Shown here: piece after piece, positions 35,881 to 48,666 of the stretch | Numbering within the stretch: the stretch's first letter is position 1 | How the letters are laid out: the number at the start of each line of letters is the position of its first letter | DNA from: Ginglymostoma cirratum | Lineage: Eukaryota | DNA length: 64,000 nucleotides | Assembly: GCA_024137785.1 (NCBI GenBank) | Contig: JAHRHZ010000288.1 | Location: 735,468 to 799,467 of the forward strand | Direction of reading: 5' to 3' | Notes under the pieces: generated by a model | The model's database searches: none | What the model was told of the DNA's origin: nothing | Seen by the model: only the letters and a program-made list of their open reading frames with translations | Program-made: the position numbers and the translations under genes

Positions 35881-38800
35881 TGAAAGAAGTGAGAGTAGAA
35901 AGTGCAGGGATTGTTGTGGTCATATTCTTCGTCCCATCTAGAGTCAGAGGGAGATTATATCTTCAAGATGCTCCATCAGTTTTGTCAAACATCATTTCCC
36001 CTTCACATTTCCAAGTTAAGGCCACCCAATCAGACAATTACTTTCTAAATATCCAGTAATAACATATTTTATAGTTTATTCGAGTGTTTTCCCTACAACT
36101 AGCGTAAGGATCACATTCCTGGAGTTCCCTGTCTTCTTTCACCTTCCTTTTTAACGTACTGGCATTACATTTGCAATGTTCTGCCTTTTCAAAACCATTT
36201 TATAATTTGATTTGTGGTTGTTTCTAGGATTTCTTGCTTTCTAATTTTAATCACAACTTTTATACTTCTCGTAACCTGTTATGTTTTATTCTACCTCATC
36301 AGTTTCCCTAGCAAACAAGTTTAAACCTACCCCGAGAGCATTAACAAATCTCCCTGTGAGAATATCAGTCCCAGTCCTGTCAAAGTGTAACTCGTTCTCC
36401 CTGTAAAGTTTTGACCTGTTGCAAAATAGATCCCTGTGCCCCCCAAAATCTTAAAGCATTTTATCCAGAGACTGTTCTGGCACCAACAGCAATGGAACAA
36501 AAGACCAGTCATCTATATGTAATGTGAAGGGTGAATATAGACCAGGGTACCTGGAGAACTCGCATGCACTAGTAAGTTGTGCATACTTTCAGGTTTGCAT
36601 AAACACAGGATCATTACATAAACAACACTCTGTTGAAAAGTTTGAACTTTCATGTAGCTAGCAAAACTAAACAGTACAAAACAATCAAATGGTATGGCCA
36701 TTCTTATGTGGGGCCACCAGGTTCCAGTTGCTAGATGGTAATAGCCTATAGTGCCACTGATCTTCCATAGGTATGAGAGGGCAGACAGCTAACACTTTGG
36801 GTGGCAAGTTTTTCCTCAGTTCTGTACTGCTGGATGAGAATAAATACATTATCAACAATTTATACAAACATAGTTGGAAATCACACCAAATCCCATTCGC
36901 TCATCTAAACTGGCTGCATTGATATCTAGACTGGCAATGACTTGATGTTTTAAGTTTTTTAACTTTTTAAGCCTTAGTCCTCCCTACCTTTGTAATATCC
37001 TATAGTTGCACAACCCTCGTCTAGTTTTGGCCTATTCCCTGTTTTAATCCCAACATCTGTGACAACATTACTTTCAGCTTCCTGAGCCATAAGCTCTAGA
37101 ATTCCATTCCAAAACCTCTCCACCTGTCTAGCCCATTTATCTCCTCCAAGATGTTCCTTATAATCTTCGACCAAGCTTTTCATCGCATGCCCTAATACTG
37201 CTTTATGTAGTGCAATGTGATATTTCATTTTGTAACGCTCCTGTGAAAAACCTTTGGCTATTTTGTTACGTCAATGACACTGGATCAATAAGAGTTGTTC
37301 TGGTTGGCGAAACCAGTTGAGATCCATGAAAGATAGGGCGGTGTACTAAAGTACTTCTTTGAAGAAGTATCAAAATGCTTCATATTATGGCCTCTCCCTT
37401 GCCATTGTTTCCTGCAATTATCAATCAATGTTGGTACATGCCCAGCAAAAGGCACTCACCACCACAAAGCAACAGGGCACCCCATGAGGGAGCATGCTTC
37501 TTCGAGCCACCAGAGGGCAATGACCTATAGGGGCACTGCTCATTCACAAGTAGCTAAGAGGACAAACAATTCACACTTTGAGTGTCATGTTCTTCCTCAG
37601 TACTATAGAAGGTACTCTTTATAGAGAGAAAGCACCCAATCTGCTTTTTACCCTTTACCTACCTCAAATGTCGAATTTAGGGTAACACTAATTCAGCCAC
37701 CCAGAAATGGACCATTAGGCTGAACTGCTCTATCCCATTGTTTATTTCTGCTCCCATCAGACCCTCCTTCCATTGTATTTCATCTCACCATAACTGGATA
37801 TCTTTCGATTTCAGTCTCCATCCTTAAATACCATTCCACTAGTGGTAGTAATCTTCACACTTCAACTACTCTCTTGTGGGGGATGAAAAGGAATTCTGAA
37901 TTCCTTTCTGCATTTATGGATGACTGTCTTATGCCTTTGCTTTAGGCCAAGGGTTGAAGTTGTATTCTGAACAGTACAAATTGCCACAATTTAATATGCT
38001 GACAAACTGAAACACACACTAAAAATGCTGGAGACACTCTCTATAGCTAAAGAAGAGCTTCTGAAGAAGAGTCATATTGGACTTGAAATGTTAAGTCTCC
38101 ACAGATGCAGTCAGACCTGCTGAGTTTCTTGAGCATTTCTGGTGTTTGCCCCAAACTGAAATGCTCTTGCAAGCTAGTCTACCCTGAGCAGATTGAAGGG
38201 AAAAATAAGAGACTTGGGCAGAAACTGTGTCACTTTCCAGACCCTCCCAGTTTGCCATGAACAAGCACATTTCCAACATTGATGTGCAATTGCTCATCAA
38301 GGCTTTCATGAGATCACCGACCGGGGCAACAGAAGGCAATCAGGAATTTCTGTTTTGGGGTCATTCGTTTCCAGTGCCTTTAGGCTCCACAGCATCTAAA
38401 GGGCATGGTTTTAGCATGTTTTTATCCATATTGCTGCTGAAAAATGTGAGCTATGAATGTTCTTGATTGATGGATAAAGAACAGGCACGTATTTGACCCA
38501 GCACTAACAATAACAGGATATTTGCCCATATACACCTTAAATAAAATTTATCACTTAATAAGGGCATATTATTTCCAAATTCCATTTGTTTTATACATCA
38601 CACTAGGTGTATTACGCAATTCAGGCATCCAGCTTGATATAAAAAGAAACTAATGTTGTGTCCTGCATAATGTTTGGGCCAAAATACAAAAGATATCCAC
38701 TTGTGTTCTGTTTGCGCAGTACTAAGTTAATGCTTGCACAATGACATCTGAACATGGTCTCTGTTAAAAACTTTGGGGAAGTGTGGTAGGATTTCTGCAA

Positions 38801-39199
38801 CACCATGAACTGTTGTAATAAGATTGGGATACCAGTGAAGTTGTAAACAATATGGAGTAATATGTACTCTTCTGGGAGTTCTTAGTTTGTAACTAAAAGC
38901 ATTGAAGATGCCCTTGACCATGTCATGTATTTCAGAACTCAATGCCTCAATTAGCATACTTTGTGCATGAACTGTTGAGAGATTTTGTCATCTTTATGAC
39001 CTGCCTGGTTGCTGCAGTGCTTTCCAAACAGTGATATTACATTTAAATCCATGGCAACTTGTCGATATAAAAACTGTTGCTGTATTAAGAGTAGCCACCT
39101 GATTGGAAGTCAGATACAACTCTGTGAGGTGTGTAGATCATCTTATCCTACCCTTTGTACTCGGACAACTAACTTGCTCACTAAGCTCGGATTCAATAT

Positions 39200-39760
39200 A
39201 CAACAGTACCGAACATTTGTGTCCCAGAAGTTGCCACGCCCCTTACCAAGATATGCCTGTACAATTACAATACTCATATCTACCCAACAATATGTAAAAT
39301 TGCCCAGGTTTGCCCTGTATACAAAAAGAAGGACAAATCCAACCCAACCAATTACTGTCCAAGAGTCTACTCTCAATCATAAATAAAGTGAAAGAAGATT
39401 TCATCGAGAATGCAATCAAGCAACACTTGCTTAGCAATAACCTGCTCACTGGCACCCAGTTTGGATTCTGTTATGGCCCTTCAACTCCTGACATCATTAC
39501 AGCCTTCGTCCAAACAGAGACAAAACGGCTGAATTCCAAAGTGGAGGTAAGAGATGGGGAAGACTGGTCAAGATGTCAAGGCTGCATTGACTGAGTGTGA
39601 CACTAAGGAGCCTTAGCAAAACTGAAGCCATTGGAATCAGGGGGGATACTCTCTGCTGGTTGGAATTATAACTAGTACAAAGGAGATAGGTAATTAGGGA
39701 TGGGCAATAAATACTTTCTGGCCAGTGATGTCTACTTAACATGAACGAATAAATAAATAG
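39200..39760 (+). mobile_element. L2/CR1-group LINE RT fragment joined to its 3' tail
   Basis: KQHLLSNNLLTGTQFGF; tail ttagggatgggcaataaatac. Confidence 0.75.
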
Positions 39761-40764
39761 CAGGGTAAAATGTACCAAGATGTCTGTCATTCAGTTTCTC
39801 ATCCCTATGATCCTGACCATGACTGCCTCAAGCAGCTGACTAATTGTCCGCATGCCCCTGGATTGATATCAGACAAAGTTCTTGACTAGCTGCACGGGAA
39901 TTCCCTGACTGATGGCAATCCCCCTGTACTTGGTTGAGGACTACTTCCCTTTGACTTTGAGACATGGCTATTCCGTTAATCTGTTATTATTAGGTTGCTA
40001 AGGACTAGAGTAGGTCTAGTATGTTGTGATAGTCACAGTTTGTGAAGTCAGTAAGCACTCTGGCATTCCAGTTAAAGAAAGGATGATTGTGTTACTCTGA
40101 GTGCTGCAAACAAGTTAATAAAGAAAGCAGTCTACAGAACCAAATATTGTGAAAATTGACAGTTCAACTGCCAATGTCAGTGCTCTCAAAGCAATCCAAT
40201 AATTGCTGCGAAGTCACCTTATTTGTTCTTGATGAACAATTTAACGACTGATCTACATCATTTTTTTGTACTTCCATCTTTTTAGATACAGTTCTTTGGC
40301 TTGTAGAAATTAATAAACTTCACTCTATGTTAATTCAAGAAAGGTTGGCTGAACTAGCTCCTTTTTAAAGCATAAGTTAACTTGGATCTGGAAGAAAGGT
40401 ATCCACAAAGGAAGCGACCCTTTGTAAATTAACCTTGATGCAACCGACTGAGAGGGTGGATGAGTAAAGGAAGGGGTCCAGTGCATGTCTCCTCTGGATC
40501 TGTAACAAATTGAGGATCCTCTCTCAGGGCCTGGTCGTAACAATAGTTCATCATCTTTCTCATCATACCAATCTTGGTTCCTGCAAGATTCAAATCTGAT
40601 AACCCAGGTACATGTCTCATGGATTACAAATGTGATCTTGACAATCAGATAGGGCCTTGGTGGGACCACACCTGGAGCCCTGTGTACACTTAACCTCTCC
40701 TTACCCAAAGAATGATATACTTATCTTCAAGGCAGGGCAACATATTTACCATACTGATCTTTGT

Positions 40765-41560
40765 CATAGAGTCATGGATTCATATACTGCTGTAAAGACT
40801 TTTCATCCCATTGGGTCCACACTGACTTAAGTGCCATTAAAGGGGTTGCTAATCTCAGTTTCCTGCACTTATCCCACAGCCTTAATTTTACGATATTTCA
40901 AGTGCTCATCCAAATATATTTTTAAAGGTTCGACCTCAACTACTTTCCCAGGCAGTGCGTTCCAGATTCCCACCACTCTCTGAGTGAAAATGTTTTTTTT
41001 CTCAAATCCCGTCTGAATCTTCTGCCCCTTACCCTAAAACGATACTCCCTTGTGATTGACCTCTCAACCAAGGAGAACATATCTTCACCCTGTTCATTCC
41101 CCTCATAATCTTATACACATCAATTATTGGGATGAAGGGATTGCCTAATGGGGAGAGATTGTGTAGATTATGTTAAAATTTCAGAGTCGTGAGAAGAAAG
41201 GATGATCATCTGATTGAAAGATGTACATTTCTGTCAGGATAGATGCTGGGAGGATATCCACCCTGGCTGGGGAGGCTGGAACTTTGGGTCATTGTCTTAG
41301 AATGAGCAGTCAGTCATTTAAGACTGAGGTAAAGAAAACCGTCTTCACTCAATTAAATGTATTTAATTGGAATTCTCTACTCCAATGAGGCTGTAAATGC
41401 TCAGGGGTACCTTCAATGCAGAAGTTAATAGAGTTTTTGATACTGAAGGAATCAAGCAATTTGGTGTGGGAAGCATTAGATCAACAGTGATGGTATTTAA
41501 TAGCTATATGGGTGAGCTTGAAGGGCTAACACTGGGCTACACCTCCATCTACGTTTTGTC
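40765..41560. mobile_element. Two adjacent CR1 3' fragments (minus 40765-41125, plus 41127-41560)
   Basis: catagagtcat tail and ccctcataatcttatac on minus; tttaagactgaggt...ttcactca...tggaattctctac on plus. Confidence 0.7.
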
Positions 41561-41934
41561 AATGTCTACGCCTTTGTTTGAAGAATGGATTCCTGCTGCC
41601 TTATGATGAGCCTTCAGCTTGAAACCAAGCCTAACATGAGTCAAAGGCTTGAGGATGATGAGACTTAAGCCATTTCCTGTTTCTTTTGCTGTCCTTGCGC
41701 TTCTTCATATTTAACTTGTGGGTACAAATGTTGTTGGAAATATTACATATGATTCACCTAACCATCAGCCAACACAGCACTAATTTTGTGAGGGTATGTG
41801 TTGTAAAATTCCGCAAGTCAGTTCATGTGGTCACCTGACATCAGGGAGAGAAAAAAACAGCCAAGATGTAAGTGTAATCAAGCATAGAATATGTAGAAAC
41901 ATTTTAATAAATCATGAAAGAGAAATGCAGAAAC

Positions 41935-42390
41935 CCTAACTGTTCTCCTTAGAAGACAGAGGATTAATGGGAGATCTGATAGAAGTGTAAAAATCATGAG
42001 AGCTCCAAAAGAGTAAAGCAGGAGAAGGGCTTCCTATTAACAGAAAGGTCAACAACCAGAGGAGACAGATTTAAGGTACCTGACAGAAAAAAAAACAAGA
42101 GCAAAAGGATGAGCAATTTTTAAAGATTCTATTTTTAAATTCTATTTTTTTAAATTTTAAAGTTGTCATGATCTGGAATGCACTACCTTAAAGGCCAATA
42201 GAAGCAGATACAATAGTAGCTATCAAAAGGGATTTTGTAAAATATTCAAAAATGAAATGAAAATAAAGCATCTTGGGTAAGAGGAGGAGGGTGGAACTAA
42301 CTGGATAGTTCTTTGGAAGGGCAATCACAGACGCAAAGGGCTGCATGACCTCCTTCTTTATCGTACCATTACATGGTTCTATCATTCTGT
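41935..42390 (+). mobile_element. Old CR1 3' fragment
   Basis: ttctccttagaa...gggagatctgatagaagtg...aaccagaggagacagatttaagg; ttctatcattct tail. Confidence 0.7.
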
Positions 42391-42625
42391 TAGCAGTCTC
42401 AGATTTCTCCCACAATTTCAGTGTGCTTGGGATATAAGTACAAATATATTAACTTTTGAATTAGGAGCAGATGTGGGCCATTCAGCCCCTTGAACCTGCT
42501 CCACCATTCAACAAGATCATAGCTGTGTTGGAGATAAAAGGTACTGCAGATGCTGGAGAATCCGAGATAACAAGCATGGGGCTGGATGAACACAGCAGGT
42601 CAAGCAGCGTCATAGGAGCAGGAAA

Positions 42626-42661
42626 ACTTGACGTTTCGGGCCTAAACCCTTCATCAGAAAT
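42626..42661 (-). ncRNA. Minimal type I hammerhead ribozyme motif
   Basis: AUUU-CUGAUGA-A-GGGU-UUAG-GCCC-GAAAC-GUC-AAGU. Confidence 0.75.
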
Positions 42662-43059
42662 GGGGGAGGGGAAGAGGGTTCTGAAATAAATAGGGAGAGA
42701 GGGGAAGGTGGATAGAGGATGGATAGAGGAGAGGATACGTGGAGAGGAGGCAGACAAGTCGAAGAGGCGGGGATGGAGCCAGTAAAGGTGAGTGTAGGTA
42801 GGGGGTAGGGAGGAGATAGTTCAGTCCAGGGAGGACGGACAGGTCAAGGGGGCGGGATGATGTTAGTAGATAGTAGATAGGAGATAGGACTGGAATACAC
42901 CTCCTCCCACCCACCCTCCTGCAAAAATGCCATCCCCTATTCCCAATTCCTTCGCCTCCGCCGCATCTGCTCCCAGGATGAGACATTCCAATCCCGCACA
43001 TCTCAAATGTCCTCATTCTTCAAGGACCGCAACATCCCCCCCCACAGTGGTCGAGAACC

Positions 43060-43803
43060 GTGTCTCTCGACCGTGTCTCCCGCATTTCCCGGAACACATC
43101 CCTCACGCCCCGTCCCCGCAACAATAACCAAAAAAGAATCCCCCTCGTCCTCACATGCCACCCCACCAACCTCCAGATCCAACGCATCATCCTCCGACAC
43201 TTCCGCCATCTGCAGTCAGACCCCACCACCAAAGACATATTTCCCTCCCCACCCTTATCTGCCTTCCGGAGGGACCACTCCCTCCGCGACCCCCTTGTCC
43301 GCTCCACACTCCCCTCCAGCCCCACCACACCCGGCACTTTTCCTTGTAACCGCAGGAAGTGCTACACCTGCCCCCACACCTCCTCCCTCACCCCAATCCC
43401 AGGCCCCAAGAAGACTTTCCACATCAGGCAGAGGTTCACCTGCACATCTGCCAATGTGGTATACTGCATCCGCTGTACCCGTTGTGGCTTCCTCTACATC
43501 AGGGAAACCAAGCAGAGGCTTGGGGACCACTTTGCAGAACACCTGCGCTCAGTTCGCAACAAACAACTGCACCTCCCAGTCGCGAACCATTTCAACTCCC
43601 CCTCCCATTCCTCAGATCACATGTCCATCCTTGGCCTCCTGCAATGCCACAGTGATGCCACCCGAAGGCTGCAGGAACAGAAAATCATATTCAGCCTGGG
43701 ATCCCTGCAGCCCAATGGCATCAATGTGGATTTCACAAGCTTCAAAATCTCCCCTTCCCCAACCGCGTCCCAAAACCAGCCCAGCTCATCTCCACCTCCC
43801 TAA
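43060..43803 (+). pseudogene. Penelope-like ORF C-terminus: Cys-rich linker + GIY-YIG endonuclease
   Basis: PCNRRKCYTC; FTCTSANVVYCIRCTRCGFLYIRETKQRLGDHFAEH; VANHFN; LQPNGIN. YIG has become YIR and the catalytic Arg position is His. Confidence 0.92.
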
Positions 43804-44054
43804 CCGGTTTTTCCTCTCACCTCAAGCCCCACCCCCATCTCCGATCTACTAACATCATCCCGCCCCCTTGACCTGTCCGTCCTCCCTGGACTGAACTATC
43901 TCCTCCCTACCCCCCTACCTACACTCACCTTTACTGGCTCCATCCCCGCCTCTTCGACTTGTCTGCCTCCTGTCCACCTATCCTCTCCTCTATCCATCCT
44001 CTATCCACCTCCCCCTCTCTCCCTATTTATTTCAGAACCCTCTTCCCCTCCCCC

Positions 44055-44090
44055 ATTTCTGATGAAGGGTTTCGGCCCGAAACGTCAAGT
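44055..44090 (+). ncRNA. Minimal type I hammerhead ribozyme motif
   Basis: AUUU-CUGAUGA-A-GGGU-UUCG-GCCC-GAAAC-GUC-AAGU; predicted cleavage after C44086. Confidence 0.78.
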
Positions 44091-44715
44091 TTTCCTGCTC
44101 CTATGATGCTGCTTGACCTGCTGTGTTCATCCAGCCCCATGCTTGTTATCATAGCTGTGTTGTTTGTTTCGTCAAATTTGCATTCTCATCTATTCCAATA
44201 ACTTTCACCCACTTGTGTAACAGGTATCTGTATACCTCTGCCTTAAAAGTATTCAAGGACTTCACTTCCATCACCTTTTCAGGAAGAAAATTCCAAAGAC
44301 GTCCAATCCTCTGAAAGGAAAAGATATTCACCTAATCTCTGTTTTAAATGGGCAATTATTGATTTTTAAACAGCGACCCCCCCCCCCCAGTTTTATATTC
44401 TTTCAGAAAGGAAACATCCACTACACTTTCAAGATAGCTCAGGATCTTATATGTTTTAATCAAGTCACTGCGTCCCTCTCTAAACTCCAGCAAATATAAG
44501 CCTAATCTGTCTAACCTTTTCTCATAAGACACCTTCTCATACTAGGCATTAGTCTGCTAAACCTTCTTGGAACTGTCTCCAATGCATTTATAGCAAGGTA
44601 AAGCAGGAGTGGGTCATATGTCACGAGCTCCCCCATCCAATTTGACCATCATTGGATCTTCACCACAAAACAAACTAACCAACTTTTGCTCCATGTTCAT
44701 TGAAGACATTCAAAA

Positions 44716-45252
44716 GATCTTATGCCCTTCATGATTTTATAAACCTCTAAAAGATCACCCCTCCAGAAAAAAAAAGTCCCAGCCTATCTAGCCTCTCCTT
44801 ATAACCTAAACCCTCCATTCCCAGCAACATCCTTGTAAATATTTTCTGCACCCTGTCCAATTTAATAATACCCCTCTTCTAGCAGGTAAACCAGAACTGT
44901 ACACAGTATTCCAAAAATGGCCTTATCAACACCTTTTCCCTAGAATAGGGGAGTTTAAAACTAGAGGGCATATTTGTCAGGTGAGAGGAGAAAGATTTAA
45001 AAGGGACCTGAAGGGCAACACTTTCATACAGAGAATAATTCGTATGTGGAATGAACTGCCAGAGGAAGCAGTAGATGCAGGTACAGTAACAACATTTAAA
45101 AGACACTTGGACAAGTACATGAATGGGAAAGGTTTCGAAGGATATGGGCCAAATGCAGGCAAATAGTCTAGTTTGGGAAATTTGGTTGGCATGGATGAGT
45201 TGAACTGAAGGGTCTGTTTCCATAATGTATGACTCTATAACTCTATAACTCT
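44716..45252 (+). mobile_element. CR1 insertion with inverted 5' part
   Basis: 44716-~44930 is minus (RPFLEYCVQFW...IMKG); ~44931-45252 is plus (FPR...RIIRMWNELP, (ctataact)n tail). Confidence 0.85.
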
Positions 45253-45808
45253 AAGTAGGCTGTTCAACCCATCAAGTCTTCTTCACTATTCAATGGGATC
45301 ATGGCTAATCTGATAATCCTCAACACCACTTTTCTGCCTTATTCTCATAACTCTTGATTCCCTTAAAGAAATCTGTGTATGTCAGCCTTGACTATACATA
45401 ATGGCCTAGACTGGAGAACCCTCTCTGGTCAAGATTTTCACAGGTACTTTCACAGTTGATGGATCAAAATCCTGGAACACCCTTCTAAATGTAATGTGGT
45501 TGTCCCTACACCCGAGGCTTGTAACGGTTCAAGAAGGCAGCTCACAACCACTTCCTACATGGCAGTTAGGGGTGGGCAATAATTGTTGGCCTAGCCAATG
45601 CTGCCCACATCTCATGAACAAATTAAAATGATTCACGCGGAATGGAAGTAGGTCATCCATGAACCCAAGGGACCACCTAAGAAACAGAAGGGTTAGAAGC
45701 AATGACTTTCACAAAGGAGAATTCGTGATTATACGGATGTTCTAGTAACCCAGAGGATTCTTGTAATATTCTGGGGAACCTGAGTTCACATCCCACCAAA
45801 ACCTTGTG

Positions 45809-45854
45809 ACAATTTAAATTCAGTTTCTAACAATTTAAATTCAGTTTCTAACAA
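45809..45854. repeat. Perfect 21-bp tandem duplication
   Basis: acaatttaaattcagtttcta x2 + acaa. Confidence 0.9.
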
Positions 45855-47399
45855 AGCCAAAATATCGACAAATGAGTAGCTACTGCGAGCAAAAGTGATA
45901 TTGAAGTTGTTTTCAAGAACGTATGTCTGCCATTTCACTCCAATCCAATGTAGATGACACTCCTCAGCCCTCTGTAAAACCCAAATCCTAAGAACTAACT
46001 TTTAATAAAAAAAAACTCATTTCAGCTTTGCTAGATCCAAGTTGTAACATTATTTTGATCAAACTTGGAAATTAGGAAGATGAAAATTAAAGTATAGTCA
46101 TTGGCAGCTCTGACATGTTGCGCACACTGTGACACTGTGTAGTGATTGTAAAGAGACTGAAAGGCTAGTGATTTCACTTCATTTAAGCTGTGGCTGCTTC
46201 ACAGCAATACAAAACAGTATTCCATTAACAACCCAATAACGAATATACACTGGGTATGGAGAACCACAGACATTTGTGCGGCTGCGAATGATAAGGTTTC
46301 ATCAGGAATCATTAAGTGCAATCTTCATAATGTTCACCTTTATTATGTCATGAAATGATTATCACTTTCAGTAAGCCAGTACACCAGGGCTCTCATTTCC
46401 TTTATACGGTACAGTGAGTCCCATGCACAGAAAGGAACAAACCATTTCACACAAGACTCATAAATGCCTACAGAAAAGAAAGAGAGGATATGCCATGCTG
46501 AAGACATACAGAGTTTCAAATGAATATATGCCACTATGTTGTAATCATCACTTCATTACTGCTGAGAGATTTCTAACAAGGTCTCATGGGAGAGAGGTCA
46601 TAGGAAGGGCATGTCAGGGGGATCAGAGGCAAAGCAGTCTGGTGGGCACTGGTAGCCACCCCCTTGAACACATTCCCACACCTAAATGGCCCCAGATTAA
46701 GGCAAATGGAGCCCCTACCCCTTGCCCAGCCAGAAATCCAGTATCTCTTCTGTCAAGAAAGTAGCTTATTCATCCAGTTGTGAGTGGAGACCCTTTGGTG
46801 CCTTGTCAATTGTTTAAGGGTCTTAATTGGTGTTGGGTCATTGATGGTCATTGATAAACTTTCTCACAAAACAATTCATTGCTAAGGTGGTGAGAAGGGA
46901 ATGAATATATCTGAGGCCAACTCGCCCAATTATTATCATACTCCATAACACTGGATCTTTAGTCTTAAAACATAACCAGCATACTATATTACCATGCCAA
47001 AGCCTGTCTGAAGTGTGATGCCCTGAATTGGATACAACACATGTTAATGGTCATCTATGAAGATTCAGTCCAAGCTCTGACATATAAATAAACAAACAAA
47101 GGATCCTGCTATAAATTAACATGCAATGAACTATGGTGAGAAATCCTAATGTGTGGAAACATTGGGTGAGGACAGAAGTTGAACTGGGATGAATAGAATC
47201 ACTTTTAAAGAAACCTGCTGATACTCAGTCTAAACAGGAGAGTGGGAAGACTAATCCATGGGCTCAAAGGTGTTAATGAGTACTGTGTTCATGATAAACA
47301 ATTCATACCTGGACATTTAAAGTGGCTGCATTTTATCACAAATTTTAAAGACAGGCTCATCCCATGCTGGTGGGAACAGGTTGGAAAACATGAGACTTG

Positions 47400-48060
47400 G
47401 ATACAGTAAGAACTGCAGATGCTGAAATGAGTCAATAAATGTGGAGCTGGAAAAGCACAGCAGGTCAGACAACAACTGAGGAGCAGGAAAGTTAATGTTT
47501 CAGGCTGAAACCCTTTGTCAGGAGTCTGCACCAACACTCTGAAGAGCATCCCAACCTATCCCTGCAACCTCACATTTACCATGGCTAGCACACTTAGCCT
47601 GCACATCCCTGGACCCTATGGCATAATTTAGCAAGGCCAATATACATAAGCTGCACATTTCTGGACTGTGGGAGGAACCCGGAGCACCTAGAATCACGCA
47701 CAGATACAGGGAGAACCTGCAAACTCCGTACAGTCACTCAGGGCTGGAACTGAACCCAAGTCCCCGGCACTATGATAATTTTCTGGAGATGTGAGTTCAA
47801 ATCCCAGCATGATAAATGACAACATATGAATTTAGTAAAAGAGAAAGATCTGATTTTCAAAAGAGTCTTGATCTAACAGTGACCATGTAACCACTGCTGA
47901 TTGTCCTTAATGTTATTTTATGAAGGGAAATTTGCCATTCTTACCTGATCTCACTGAAATGTGACTCCAGACGCACAACAATGTGGTTGTCTTTTAACTT
48001 TTAACCATAAATGCTTTCCTAACCACTGATGTCCACATTCCATGAACAAATTAAGAAAAA
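47400..48060. mobile_element. Cluster: Penelope terminus (47400-47525, -), V-SINE (47545-47772, -), tRNA-SINE (47780-48060, +)
   Basis: aactgcagatgctg...gagcaggaaagttaatgtttcagg; ggactgtgggaggaacccggagcac; gagttcaaatcccagc. Confidence 0.75.
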
Positions 48061-48169
48061 AAAACAGATGTTAAAAAGAAATGAATAGAACCATCTAATT
48101 GGGCATTGAAAAATGGATTTGGTTTCCAAGTGATTGGAAGACAGTGTGCCATCTTGGGGAGACCAATGA

Positions 48170-48666
48170 ATTGAATTGAGTCATTTATTATCATGCGTAT
48201 TCAATGTAAAGTACAGTGAAAATGTGTACCATTGGCATGCATAGGTGCCATTCTCTTTTACTTAAAATAAAAACTAAGAAAGATGACTTAAAGAGAGTCC
48301 AACTTTTCCTTCTCTGCAGATACAGAGAGCCCTTCTCTGGGCTACACCAGCCTGTGCTATGCCGTCGCTCGAGTCCCAATCTGAACTGCACCAGCCCACT
48401 CCACTGTGAGAGTCCTGCTCCTGGCTTCACAAGCTGACCAGCTTTGTAGCCGCACTGCCTCTGAAGATGCCACTGCTACTCCAGAACCCATCGCAGCCAC
48501 CTTCCTCCTGAAGAGCTCTCTTTATCAGGTAAATTTGAGTGAAAGCTAAATAAAACTGAGAAAAGAAGACAGGGTAAAAGGAAAAAGAAAAAGAAAAAGT
48601 GGATGAAGAGGACAAGCCTGGGCACAGGAGTTCGGACGCTGCTTAGTCTGCCGTCGCCATCTTGCA
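48170..48666 (-). mobile_element. Non-autonomous retro-like element with YY1-type start and Rex1/Babar-like 3' end
   Basis: Minus strand begins caagatggcgac and ends ttttcactgtac...gataataaatgactcaattcaattc. Confidence 0.6.

Larger units (their letters stand above)
42531..44150 (+). mobile_element. Young 5'-truncated Penelope-like element (Neptune-type) with ~305-bp inverted pseudo-LTR and TSD
   Basis: 42565-42871 is the near-perfect reverse complement of 43845-44150; TSD atcatagctgtgttg at 42516-42530 and 44148-44162; body encodes RT thumb (TSSHPPSCKNAIPYSQFLRLRRICS) and GIY-YIG; inserted in a minus-strand CR1 (42455-44590). Confidence 0.95.

Noticed and set aside
43007-43852. 281-aa Pro/Ser-rich ORF overlapping the GIY-YIG frame
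   Set aside because: Shadow frame of the C-rich Penelope strand, which is poor in stop codons.
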